From NCBI GenBank assembly GCA_964270895.1, contig OZ185440.1: DNA of 64,000 bases; one strand, written 5' to 3'. Shown in pieces: positions 1-12,159 of this stretch (its first letter is position 1; each line of letters starts with the position of its first letter). The DNA is from Podarcis filfolensis (lineage: Eukaryota). The notes below the pieces were generated by a model. It was not told the DNA's origin. It made no database searches and saw only the letters and a program-made list of their open reading frames with translations. The position numbers and the translations under genes were made by a program.

Positions 1-257
1 CTAACAGCTCTCCGCATCCTTAATAAACTACAGTTCCCAGGATCCTTTGGGGGATAGCACGACTGTTTAAAGCCAGGGGTGTCCAAACTTTTCCCAAAGA
101 GGGCCAGATTTGATGCAGTGAACATGCATGAGGGCCGACCAATGTTGTTGACCTTTTTTTAACTGACACACGGACCGGATTATGCCCCCGAAACGGACTT
201 TGGACATGCCTGGTTTAAAGTGGTACAATACTGCTTTAATTGTATAGTGCAGATGGG
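1..257. mobile_element. Partial short DNA-transposon-like repeat (end ...gtatagtgcagatggg), interrupted by a MITE at 73-212
   Basis: Related sequence at about 3250-3330 (ccatgacagtttaaa...ctttaaatgcacagtgcagatggggcc). Superfamily (possibly PIF/Harbinger) not established. Confidence 0.5.
73..212. mobile_element. hAT-type MITE
   Basis: TIRs caggggtgtccaaact / actttggacatgcctg; 8-bp duplication gtttaaag at 65-72 and 213-220. Confidence 0.8.
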
Positions 258-784
258 TTCTCAGTCTCTTGTTGCACTTTCACCCCTCTTTGAAAAACCA
301 AGAGATTTAAGCTGCTGTACCAAATGTTTCTAGCCAGAAGCCAAGCTTGACAGCTGCATCCTTCAGTCTGTTAAGTGACGGACATTTGGAACTGCAGAAG
401 AAATAAGAGCAATTTCTAGCTAGCTATTAGCTTGAATTGGCAATTGCTTTCCCTCAGGAAGATCATCGTACTTGCATCATTGCACTGCGGAGGGGAGAGC
501 TGCATTTCTATTATTTGCAAGAAACCTTCCTAATCCTCAAAAGATGCAATATGTCAGGCACTAAGTAGACAAACTAACACTAGCTCTTACAGTAATTTGT
601 TGAAAATGTTGGAATAGATTGGGAGTCTCTTTAAAGACAAGGGCTGATGGTCATGTTTTTCTTTGCCTTGTTTTAAAAAGATAAGAACACAGGCACAAGG
701 CTATGCCCATGTCTGAAGTTGTAATGAGAGAAGTATCTTGTCTCTCATTACAGAGTGATGGGGCTACACAAGTTCTTATCAGTT

Positions 785-1010
785 ATTTATTACATTTATA
801 TCTCACCTTTCCTCCAAGGAGCTCAAGGTGGCATACATAGTTCTGCCTTCCCCTCCATTTTATTCTCCCAACAACCCTGTAAGGCAGATGTTAGGCTGAG
901 AGACTGTGATTGGGCCAAGGTCATCAAGTGTGCTTCATGGTTTAGTGAGGACCACAACCCTGGTCTCCCAGGCCCTAGTCTGACACTCTAACCACTAAAC
1001 CAGACTGGAT
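785..1010 (-). mobile_element. Old MIR/Ther1-related (Squam3-like) SINE
   Basis: The reverse complement starts with a tRNA-like head (ccagtctggtttagtggttagagtgtcag), followed by a CORE-like body and L2-type tail; resembles the copy at 43439-43688. Confidence 0.6.
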
Positions 1011-2200
1011 CTAGACATGGCAGAGCACACATTTTGGGGCATAAGGTCCCTGTTTGAACTCTGGGATCTCCAATTAAATCACATCAAACTGCAGGGATAG
1101 GAAATATTTTAGAAAGCTAGGCAGAATACACAGCACTGGTTTAGAATAAATCTTTAGTCTGAATGCAAAGGCTGCAGGAGGGGAGAGATCAGAAAGAAGA
1201 GGATGTATTCATACATTTTTCTGCCCCCTCTTGGGGTAGCATTTATGCTGATTACATTATAGGGATGTTACTCTCTAAACATTTTTAACAGAAACACAAG
1301 GTGGGTTTCCTCATTTTTGCATGATAATATTGAATGTGTCTCTGCTATTTCTAAGCACGATACAACCTTCCTTTTCATTTTCCATGGCTGATTACTTCTA
1401 TTTTCAAAATGGCTGTCATTGATTTTCTAACACTGGGCATATTGGTCAATACTGTTCAGAAATCACTACGACAATGATTGAGATCAAAAGCCCTTCCATG
1501 GACCAGGGGAAACCCTTAGGTGCATCCCTTTTACAAAAATACACTCAACGAATTGGTAAACCACCATGCACAAAACAGTGAGAAAAGCTATAATGTAGCA
1601 CTATTTCAAAGGAATTTCTGTATAGCAGCAACAATTTCTCTTGGCAGGAAGGAGCTACCAGTCTCTGCCTTTGAAGGCGAAACTGTCTGCAGACTCTGAC
1701 CTGGAGATGATGGGAAAGTGTGTGTGTGTGGGCGGGGATATACTGTCAATACTATCCATCTTCATTTGCTGCATTTGCTTAAAAAGAAAACAGATCAATT
1801 AACACAGTGAAGAGGCTTAGCACCTGGTCTCATTCTACGAAACATTTCAAGAGACCAGCAGCATCCATTGCCTCTAAACATTTTACAGCTGACCAAGCGG
1901 CACTCACTCAAAAGCTGACAGCTGTCCAGTTACTGCTTCCCCTTGATACCTCTGATCACACTGCTACCCTTTGTTAAAAAGAATGCAGACAGCACACAAT
2001 TTAGAAGAGGCAGATTCTCTGGGGCTGGAACCTACAACCTGGTCAGGCGAGTCTGCCTGAGATATTATGCAAAGTCTGGCTAAGGGTCTGCAGCCTCCCA
2101 GTTTTGTTAAGGCATCAAGAGTTGCTAGTGTCTAGGAATGCAAATTCAAGTGGAGTTTCCCGTGTGTGCCAGTATATATGCAGCTGTCAAAACCACTCAC

Positions 2201-2297
2201 CTCATGGTCTATATGAAGCTTATGGTCCTTCCAAGCTTGCAGCGATTTGTACAGATCTGTGTCACACTGAACGGTGTCATTCTCTAAGATGTAACAT
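2201..2297 (-). CDS. SULF2: SULF2 exon: CYILENDTVQCDTDLYKSLQAWKDHKLHIDHE
   Basis: cttcccag| ... |gtgagt; 97 nt; read manually. Confidence 0.95.
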
Positions 2298-2361
2298 CTG
2301 GGAAGAGGAAAAAAAGGTCACTGGACTGGCCAGCAGAGCAAGGACTGGAAAAGGCAACATA

Positions 2362-2539
2362 CATAGCTGTCAACTTTCAGATTTGAAAATAAGGGATCAG
2401 CAGCCTCGAAAATAAGGGGTCAGCAGCCTCACCTGTCCCGGGGACAGTCTACGGGATATCTAACAGTCCGGGATAGCAGCGGGAAGCGGTGATGGAATAA
2501 GGGAATTTCCCGCAAAAAAAGGGAAGGTTGACAGCTATG
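2362..2539. mobile_element. MITE with TIR catagctgtcaac...gttgacagctatg
   Basis: 13-bp perfect TIR; flanking duplication caacata; internal 23-bp tandem duplication at 2385-2430. Confidence 0.8.
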
Positions 2540-3396
2540 CAACATACTTACTCTAGAAGAAAGCATCAAGTTCATGAGCAGGGGTGCAAAATGGCTCCCC
2601 AAAGGTGACATACAGCATTTGACCACTGTCAAATGTGTTAAGAAGCATCGCAATCTATTTTATAATCCCTTCCCCTACTTTGGAAACAGGAGCTGCGATC
2701 AAGCCATTCTTTTAGCCCTTGGAATTCACAATGTTGTCCTTAATGTGCATACATTGTAGTATTTCAGTGCTCGTGATAGAGCTTCCACTACATAGTAGCT
2801 TATATTTTCCAATCATCTTGAAAACTGATTTGAGAGTTAAATTGGACAGATGTGGTCCTCAACATGCCCATAAACTCTCTTGGATTAGAGCAGTGGGTAG
2901 AATTTAACACCCTGTTCTTTCATTTGTTCCATCAGCACAAACACTGCAGCTTGCCAGATGGAACCATCCCCCCTCTCCTCCTGCATTCTGTTCTGGGGAC
3001 TCTCCCATAGCTATTTTTTTTTGGGGGGGGAAGCCCCATTGTGCAAGCAGAAGACCTTGTTCAGGGCCTGGTTAGACGAATTCTGCCCACTGTCTTGTAT
3101 TTTGCATTTCACTTTTTAAAATAAAATAAAATGTATAAACAACTTGATCAAAATGTTCTCCATTCCAAGCAGCGTACTAATAAAAAGAAAACAGGTGAAA
3201 TCCCCAAAATAATTAAAAACAAATCTCAGCACTCTTAACAAACTACACTTCACAGGATGCTTTAGGAGAAGCCATGACAGTTTAAACAGGTTTAAGAGTG
3301 CTTTAAATGCACAGTGCAGATGGGGCCTTGCCACTCTGCAAAGTGGCACATATACTGCTGTAATGGTAATTTCAACTATGCTTCAGTAGGACTTAC

Positions 3397-3640
3397 CTAT
3401 GTGTCACTTTTATTAAGTTAGGGGCTGCATTCTCCGAAATGCTGCCTGTTCCACTGTATTCCTCCACATCCTTATCATCGTCTTCTCCTTCAGCATCTTT
3501 ATCATATTTGTTCTTAGCCGTGATATTTCTGGGTAAGACGGGCTGGTAGCCATCCTCCAAATCCAAGTTGTACACCTCTCCATCAAGCTCAACAGCCACC
3601 GAACGAATTGAGCGACTCCGAATATAGCTTGCCTTGTATT
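3397..3640 (-). CDS. SULF2: SULF2 exon (hydrophilic domain, furin site): YKASYIRSRSIRSVAVELDGEVYNLDLEDGYQPVLPRNITAKNKYDKDAEGEDDDKDVEEYSGTGSISENAAPNLIKVTH(R)
   Basis: tccacag| ... |gtaagt; 244 nt. Confidence 0.95.
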
Positions 3641-4080
3641 CTGTGGAAAGGAGGACAAAACAGAGCTTGCCTTTCTCTGTCTTAATACAGCATATGTGGG
3701 TTTGACATGCAGGAAAGTGCTTGGAAAACTGACTCAGAGGTTAAGTCAGAAATGGCCAAGTTCTCTGACCCTGGGGAACACACTAATTCTTCAGATTGCG
3801 GTCTGGTTCCAGAGGTAAGAGACCAGCCCCTACAGATGTGGTCAGGTTTTATAATAAAATCAGCATTGCTGTGGAAGTCTTTGAGGTTATGGGGCACATG
3901 CCATTCAGTATGCTCAGGACATCACATGAAAATCAACATGGAAATATGGAAACATCTCTCTTATCCTACAACTCCAGCAAACAACTTTGTCTTCCTTACA
4001 AGTAAAACTCATCTATCTCCTACCACAATAACATTTGACAGGGTTGATAGAAGCCAGACAATTGCTTTAGTGGGCGAGAG

Positions 4081-4216
4081 CAGGGTTTCTCAAACTTGGG
4101 TCTCCAGCTGTTTTTGGACTACAACTCCCATCACCCCTAGCTAACAGGACCAGTGATCGGGGATGATGGGAATTTTAGTCCAAAAACAGCTGGAGACCCA
4201 AATTTAGGAAACCCTG
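4081..4216. mobile_element. 136-bp palindromic hAT-type MITE
   Basis: Long TIRs cagggtttc...gaaaccctg; degenerate TSD ggcgagag/ggctagat; shared core ctacaactcccat...gatgatgggaa. Confidence 0.8.
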
Positions 4217-5288
4217 GGCTAGATGCCCACAAGATGCCTGTTGGACCTCCCAGGCTGAGATTATCTTTCTGCTGGTGTGGGATTAGACAAACCTCTAGGT
4301 TGCATTTTTATACACAACCAGTATCAGTCCATTAGTTAAAGTATTGGAATCAGTTAAGTCCCACCTTTGCTATGGAATCATCTTGAGGAACTGAGCAAAC
4401 CTCTTGCCTGCTAAATTTCCCACCTGCAATTTGAGAATAATAAACCCTAAGTAGGTTCCCATGAGAAAGCAAAAATAAAGATGGGCAAGAGCTTTGTAAA
4501 ATTGTGTTATATACATGACTATCAGCAGCAGGAAGAGCAGCAGCCGCATAAGCAGTAGTATACTGGGTGTGTGTGGATTTTTAAAAGCAGAATGTTTCTA
4601 TGCATCTTCTTCTTTGGCAATCCATCATGGCCGAGTAAGATTGTCTTGCATGAACATGGTCTTAACAGTGTGCCCATAAGTGACTGTGGAGGCCAATTCT
4701 GGATCCACACGTCCTTCCACAGTGGGGACATAGGTTTCCATGTTGATCATGGTGAGGATTTGCAAACATGCCTTCGTTTCTCTGCATGCAATAATGCTGT
4801 AAAGAATTTCTGTCTAATAATTTACTTACAGCCACGAGGTGGCAGTAGACACCCAGAATACCGAAAGGAAGATATGAGAATTATGTCCGTTGCCAACTTC
4901 CCAAGAATGCCAAATAACAACTCTTTAAGAACCCTTTTGGGAGTTGCTGGTGGCCTTTCCTTAAAATTTCCTCAGATACAGAATCCTTAACTTTCCCCAT
5001 GGAGACAAATCAGAGACACACCTGAGTTAAAGAACATGGTTTTCTCATTTATCCTCTCTACCTGGTCTCTCTTGATTTCAACTCCATTCTAAAAGTCAAG
5101 CAGGTTTTAAACTTCATATCTTTAAGCTCCAGGTCCAGGGCCATGATTCAATATTTCTCTGCTGCTTGTATTTCCTCTCCCATTCAGACAAGCAAACTTC
5201 CTAAGTGAAGCTCTGCATAGTCTGGGCTGCAAAAGCTCTTTCCTCTGGGCACAGAAAGCCCAATCAACTTAGCAGGCTTGAATACTGC

Positions 5289-5636
5289 TGGGTGGCACTG
5301 TGGGTTAAACCACAGAGCCTAGGATTTGCTGATCAGAAGGTCGGTGGTTCGAATCCCCATGATGGGGTGAGCTCCCGTTGCTCGGTCCCTGCTCCTGCCA
5401 ACCTAGCAGTTCGAAAGCACGTCAAAGTGCAAGTAGATAAAGAGGTACCACTCCAGTGGGAAGGTAAACGGCGTTTCCATGCGCTGCTCTGGTTCGCCAA
5501 AAGTGGCTTAGTCATGCTGGCCACATGTCCCGGAAGCTGTACACTGGCTCCCTTGGCCAATAAAGCGAGATGAGCGCTGCAACCCCAGAGTTGGCCACGA
5601 CTGGACCTAATGGTCAGGGGTCCCTTTACCTTTACC
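5289..5636 (+). mobile_element. Sauria SINE
   Basis: tRNA-like head with B box ggttcgaatcc, conserved body and (acctt t)n-type tail; close similarity to the copies at 7079 and 36126. Confidence 0.9.
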
Positions 5637-5896
5637 CTTGCAAGCTGTGTCTGCTTTCACCTCTCTTAACAAAAGAGTTGTGTGGTTCAATAGCAGAGCC
5701 ATCTGCTTTGCATGCAGAAGATACCAGGTTCAGTCCCTGTGGCACCTCCAGGCAGGGCTGGGAGAAACCAGTTTGAAATTCTGGAGAGCTGCTGCCAATC
5801 AGTATAAAGAAGATGAACCAGTGGGTTGCGTCAGTATGATGAAGTTTACTGTGGTCACACTCCTGATCAATAGCTGTTGCTGGCATTGTTTTAGGG

Positions 5897-6153
5897 CAGG
5901 GGTCAGCAACCTTTTCCAGCAGGGGGCTGGTCCACAGTCCCTCAGACCATGTGCTGGGCTGGGCTATATATTTTTTTTTGGGGGGGGGGGATGAACAAAT
6001 TCCTGTGCCCCACAAATAACCTAGAGATGCATTTTAAATAAAAGGACACATTCTACTCATGTAAAACACGCTGATTCCCGGACTGTCCACAGACCAGATT
6101 GAGAAGGCGATTGGGCTGCATCTGGCCCCCAGGCCTTAAGTTGCCTACCCCTG
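5897..6153. mobile_element. Non-autonomous hAT element (about 250 bp)
   Basis: Termini caggggtcagcaac...gttgcctacccctg; TSD ttttaggg/ttttatgg; second copy at 14942. Confidence 0.85.
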
Positions 6154-7033
6154 TTTTATGGGGAAAGGCAAAGCAAAATGACATCAGAGTGGCTGGAGTA
6201 ACCCAGTATATTGGACATTACGAAGGTGGAGGGAAAAGTTTGACATACCTTTTCAGTGTTGGCCCCTCTCATTTTTAGTAATGTTTAATTTTACTCTCGC
6301 CAGATGGCTTTACACAAGCTACTCTTTCCCAGTCTCCGTCACCCTCCCTTTATCAGCAGCACTGAGATACTAGTACTACTACTACTAATAATAATAATAA
6401 TACTGACCTACCTTTAAGGATTATGCCAAGGCCTACTAAAGGGAGTATATGAGAAATGCTACATAAATACAAATTTATATCTGAAGTACTTATTATCGCA
6501 ATTATTTCAACCCCTGTCCTAATTACTCCTCACACTGAATCATCATTTCACACTGTTTTCAGCACACTGAGCTGATGAGTTCACTTGAGCTTTTTCACCA
6601 CCTGGGACTTAGGCTTTCCACCTGAGGTTCAGCCAGGTGAATCATAGCTCAAGGGGAAGAAATAGGTTCTAATTTATGGAACATTTGACTAAAATGTGGG
6701 AACTCCCTTCCTTTTCAATACATAGAGGAAGTCCCAAGGAGCTACACCCAAATAGTTATAAGAAACAAAGGGAGGCTTTCTTAGCAAGAACCAACTTCCT
6801 TTTGTTGTTGACCTTCTTCTCTGTATGCATGAGCTGCCAACTTTTCTTTTCTTCCAAATATGTCAATACTGAACAAAATGTTATTTTAAAAAAATCCAAC
6901 AACCAATGGGAGATACACGTGTAAATATTTGTACAAGTTGAATGGAGGAGAGGGTATTTGAATATATATATATATATTTAAATGATGGCTTCATTTTCAG
7001 CTTCAAACTGCTATGAATGCCTATATCTAAGCT

Positions 7034-7631
7034 AGAAGAAGAGTTTGGATTTGATATCCTGCTTTATCACTACCCTAAGGGACACGGGTGGAGCTGTGGT
7101 CTAAACCACAGAACCTAGGGCTTGGCGATCAGAAGGTCGGCAGTTCAAATCCCCGCGACGGGGTGAGCTCCCGTTGCTCAGTCCCAGCTCCTGCCCACCT
7201 AGGAGTTCGAAAGCACGTCAAAGTGCAAGTAGATAAATAGGTACTGCTCCGGTGGGAAGGTAAACGGCGTTTCCGTGCGCTGCTCTGGTTCGCCAGAAGT
7301 GGCTTAAGTCATACTGGCCACATGACCCGGAAGCTGTACGCCGGCTCCCTCAGTCTATAAAGTGAGATGAGCGCCGCAACCCCAGAGTCGGCCACGACTG
7401 GACCTAATGGTCAGGGGTACCTTTACCTTTACCTTTAAGGAGTCTCAAAGCGGCTAACATTCTCCTTTCCCTTCCTCCCCCACAACACTCTATGAGGTGA
7501 GTGGGGCTGAGAGACTTCAAAGAAGTGTGACTAGCCCAAGGTCACCCAGCAGCTGCATGTGGAGGAGCAGGGAAGCGAACCCGGTTCACCAGATTACGAG
7601 ACTACTGCTCTTAACCACTACACCACACTGG
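7034..7631 (-). mobile_element. Squam3-like tRNA/CORE SINE split by a Sauria SINE (pieces 7034-7080 and 7441-7631)
   Basis: The joined pieces are collinear with the intact copy at 43439-43688. The family name is from recall. Confidence 0.75.
7079..7436 (+). mobile_element. Sauria SINE inserted into a Squam3-like SINE
   Basis: Full-length body and acc ttt tail; duplication taagg at 7076-7080 and 7436-7440. Confidence 0.9.
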
Positions 7632-8686
7632 TTAGTTGGTAAATCCAACTGGCTTTTGGGTCCCTTTTTAGATCCAGGAGCCAATGTATTTCTTTCTTTC
7701 TCTGTCTTTTACACACACACACTGTCATCTGGTCATATGTGGGGAACCTCTGGTTCTCCAGATGTTGCTGAACTGTAACATCCATCAGCTCTAGAAAGCA
7801 TGGCAAGTGGCATGGGATGATGGGCGTTGATGTTCCAGGAACACCTGGAGGGCCAAAGGTTCCCCACAACTAGCCAATAGTGTAGTAGCAAAACAGGGAG
7901 ATGAGCTGTTGTTTCTGTGTTGTGTGATGAGATTCCAGCAACAACACCTGGAATAATTACAATAATTGCAGTGGAAAAGGAGGCAATGCTTTATAAGGAA
8001 AAGATAAACTTTGCATCTGGCACAAGCATGATCAGCATTCAGGTTGCTATTAACTGTTCTTTAAGTACTCATCATTCACACCTGATTACTAGAATGCACC
8101 TGCCAAGCCAATTGCTTGTATCTCAAAACATGGGTAAATGATGGTTCTCTCAGGAAAAAGCAGAGGGACTGAAATAAATCCCCCAGTTTCCTTATCCTAG
8201 GATTTCCCCCGCAACATTCTTTCTGCATAAAGCAGAAAGGTTTGAATTTCTGATGAACAATGGAAGAGCTGTCCCATTTCTTACCACTGAATGACTAGGT
8301 TGGATCAAGCAGTGGACACTTCAGAACTATTATAATTTATTTTTTAAACTAAATTAAAAAACCTCTTCCACACACCGCAAAAATTAACATATTAGCATAA
8401 GTCAGCCATACCTCATGCCTGCAACATAACTTATTCTCAGTAAATATTGAAACATCATAGTTCCCTCCAAAGAGGAAAAATTACTTCCATATGTTATTAT
8501 TCCAAATCACATTAATTTGACTAAGCATTAGTCAATAATTAATTAACCACCCAATCAAATAGTCAGCAGTGCTGACTGTTCTCCGGAAGCTAGTTTAAGC
8601 TTTCTCCCGGTGCTGATGAAAATCCCAACATTCCTGGAACAAGAAAAAGTTTGTGGCCCACAAAACCTCTGCCCCCCAAAAAACAC

Positions 8687-8716
8687 AACAACAAACAACA
8701 ACAACAACAACAACAA
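8687..8716. repeat. (AAC)n microsatellite, imperfect
   Basis: Direct reading. Confidence 0.85.
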
Positions 8717-11382
8717 TTTGCTGTTGGCAGTAGTTTGCTTTTTTTAAAAAAAAAAAATCTGGCCACTATTATTCTTGTTATTAAATTTCTATCCTGCCCT
8801 CCTTAAGCAGCCACAACCAGGTAGCAGAAACAATCCAATTAAAAATAAGATAAAAACATGTCCCATGGTGCTCTGCTGTCCTGCTGCTGTGTTTCTGCAG
8901 GTATGACTATGTGGTGTGCATATCTGACAAATGTGTGTGTGCTAAACGAGCAGCAACGGGCCGTTAACATGTCGCCCTCCAAGAGTTGGCCAATCTCGAA
9001 TGAGGCTTTCGGGGCTGAAAATATCAACCCTCCTTGTTGTACGACAAACCAATGAACTACTGTGCATTTACTGCATGAACGAAATATTGTTTGGAAAGGC
9101 ACTTGGGTTTCTGACACCTGTAAACTGAGATAAGCACACCGTTAACTGGGGTGTTGTGAGGATTTGGAAAGGTTCCAATAAATTATTTGCCTATGCTTGA
9201 TCTGTGTAAAGTACCATAAGTGATGATATTCTGCCACACTTAAGGATAACTTTTTCGGTATAGTCTGCCCCCCACTTTGAGCGTAACTTTGTCAAATTAA
9301 GTGCCTCCTGATTCTCCAGAAGTCACTAGTGAGTCGATGCAACTGTGCTCACTGTTCCAGGGCGTCTTCGTTCAAGAACAAGTTAATTGAACTACAGCTC
9401 AAGCATTATTTAAAGATTATCTGTAGTGCCACAAATTCCAAGCAGCAGGAGTAGCTGGCGATTTCACCTGAGAACCAATGATTTTATTCACCTAAAAATT
9501 AGCTTAGCAGTTACTAATCAGCTTGCAAGGCAAATATAAAGGAAGAAAATCAATTTAAACTCCCTGTTTGAAGCTTGTGCCAGGTCATTACCGAGAAAGC
9601 CTAATCTGCTGAATAATTAAGGCTCTGCATTTGTGGAGCGAGGCGAAGGAAACTTTACAGACGAATAATAATTCTGAGCTGCTGTTTTGGCTCTTTTAAT
9701 CTATAATTAGACTATGCACTTCAAATATAGATATTAACCTGACTCAAGTTTAAAAGGAGAGCCTGTGGAATAGGCTATGTCAAAAAAGCACCTGGGCTTT
9801 GACAAGGAAAGTCAATCTGTTTGGGAGGCAACTCTGGTTCAATGTCAACAGCGGCACCTGTAGTTCAACCCAAGAAGAGAATATTACAAGCAAGCAGTTT
9901 TGAGAACAAGCAAGTCCACCCAACGTAATTAATGATGCTGTAACACCCAAGCTCTGCTTGCTTGTTCTCCCATCAGCACACAGAGGGGAAAGTGGGGACA
10001 AGTTCCCTGGCATCATGTCCCTTCTGCACATTAGTTGAAGAGATCTGAAAGAGGGAACTGCTCTAAGGCTCTTGATCATGCACAATTCTAAATAGTGCAG
10101 TGAGCCCATTCACAAAGAACAGGCTCTGTGCTACAGACCTTCCTGAATGAGAGTTGGGCCATGTCAGGCACAGCTAGGATGATCTCCATGTTGGTGGAAG
10201 CAGGACCAGAGGAATAAACCATTTCTACACATGTAGCTTTGGGTTACCTCTTTGATATGCAGCTGCACTTGGAAGGCTATTATTCTGTTGCTCAAAAGGA
10301 ACTTGACCTCACAGGACTAGAATGACCTGTGCAGCCTGCAAAGTAGATCCCCAAGTCAGCTTTTGTGCAGCCTGCCAGCTGCTGTACTGCTACTTTTGAA
10401 GCAGGCACAACAAGCATTTGGGTGTGACCTCAGTTGTGCTCGTCATAGCCCAGAAGTAACGTTGGGCTTCTAATTAACTCCGGGGTTTTCTTTAATTTTA
10501 TTTAAAGCTCGGGAAATGCTTGGAAATTATCCCACGCTCTTTCATACTTATCTGATCATACTTTTCTTTCCTATTGGATTTTAACTTTAGTTTGTTTTGA
10601 ATTTCATACTGTGTTTTGGTTACTGTAAGGTGTCTTGAATTTGATGGGAAGTTTGAGTAACGCCTTTCAAATAAACACACAGTATATACATAACAGGCAT
10701 GTAAATTTGAAATATGGTTTTAAAAGTTGAGCAAGGTTCACACAGGTATTTGAAGTGCATGAACAATTCTGGGCCAGGATACCTAAAGGACTTTCTCCTT
10801 CCATGCAAGCCTGACTACCAAATAGGTTCTCCTTGGCAGCACAGGTGCAGCTGGTAAAGACATTGGAGCCTTCTCAGTGGCTGCACTTTGTTGTGCAACT
10901 CCCTGTTCAATGAGGCTCATCTTGCCACCCCTTCCAGTTTTGATGGCCTTCGGCAATTTTGCAAAGACCTTCCCTTTCTGGGCAGGGTCTTGGCCAGTTA
11001 AGTTTAAGTTCCATTGCACTTGTATTCTTCCATTTTAACTTGTAATATTTCTTATTGTTGAGATGTCATTTCTGATTTTTCAATGTGTCATAAGCTACCT
11101 TAAGCACTTTATTTAAAAATATGGGATTTGAATGCATACACCCACCCACACCCAGTTGGGTGTTGAACGTAATCCATTCTGGAAGTCCATTCGACTTCCA
11201 AAACGTTCAGAAACCAAAGTGTGGCTTGTGATTGGCTGCAGGAAGCCACAGAACTTGCAGAAACCCCATCGGATGTTTGGCTTCCAAAAATAGTTCGCAA
11301 ACCAGAACAGTCACTTCTGGGTTTGTGGCATTTGGGAGCCAAAACGTTTGAGAACTAAGCTGTTTGAAAACCAAGGTACGAC

Positions 11383-11408
11383 TGTGTGTGTGTGTGTGTG
11401 TGTGTGTG
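11383..11408. repeat. (TG)13 microsatellite
   Basis: Direct reading; about 70 nt downstream of an exon donor on the minus strand. Confidence 0.95.
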
Positions 11409-11477
11409 TAGTTTAATTATTCAGGTCAGGTTTTTCTCCATCATGCAAAGAGACAAGAAGCTTGACCGTTTACTTAC

Positions 11478-11685
11478 TCTTCTTGGAGAAGAGCTTCTTT
11501 CGCCGCCCGATGGGGCTCAGCTTGTATTCATTCTCCTCGCAGTTGCAGTCCTCACTGTTCCTGCTGTAGTACTTGGGCATGAGGTTAGAGACACCTTTGC
11601 TGCTTCCTGGAGCTGTAAGGCTGGCCATCCCTTTGCATTTGTGCAGCTTGAGCCTCCCGCTGGCATCTTCCATGCACTGCCATTT
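11478..11685 (-). CDS. SULF2: SULF2 exon (hydrophilic domain): KWQCMEDASGRLKLHKCKGMASLTAPGSSKGVSNLMPKYYSRNSEDCNCEENEYKLSPIGRRKKLFSKK
   Basis: tttcag| ... |gtaagt; 208 nt, 4 codons longer than the human exon as recalled. Confidence 0.95.
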
Positions 11686-12023
11686 CTGAAACGGAAGGGA
11701 AATGTTCCCAAAATGGCATGATAGAGGCAAATGTTCTTCTACGTACTTTGGACATTCAAAGTTGGTTGGTAGTATTCTCAGAAGATCAAATCACAATTAT
11801 CTGTCCCATAGCAGATGTTGTTAATTTGACAGAAACATGATAGTGGTGTAGAAGAGCTATGGGGTGTGTGTGTGTCACATTTGGCAACCAATGCGCCCCC
11901 TTGGCTTTCAGATAGTACATGGATAGATGAGTCTAAAAAGCCAGGGACACAAATTTTCACGGCCCTCCAGTGACTACGGTGGCTCATTTACCAGAGGCTT
12001 AGTTGGGTTAGAATCAAGTATAT

Positions 12024-12159
12024 CAGGCATAGGCAACCTTCGGCCCTCCAGATGTTTTGGCCTACAACTCCCATGATCCCTAGCTAACAGGACCAGTGGT
12101 CAGGGATGATGGGCATTGTAGTCCAAAACATCTGGAGGGCTGAAGGTTGCCTATGCCTG
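12024..12159. mobile_element. 136-bp palindromic hAT-type MITE
   Basis: TIRs caggcataggcaacctt / aaggttgcctatgcctg; TSD aagtatat/aagtatac. Confidence 0.88.
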
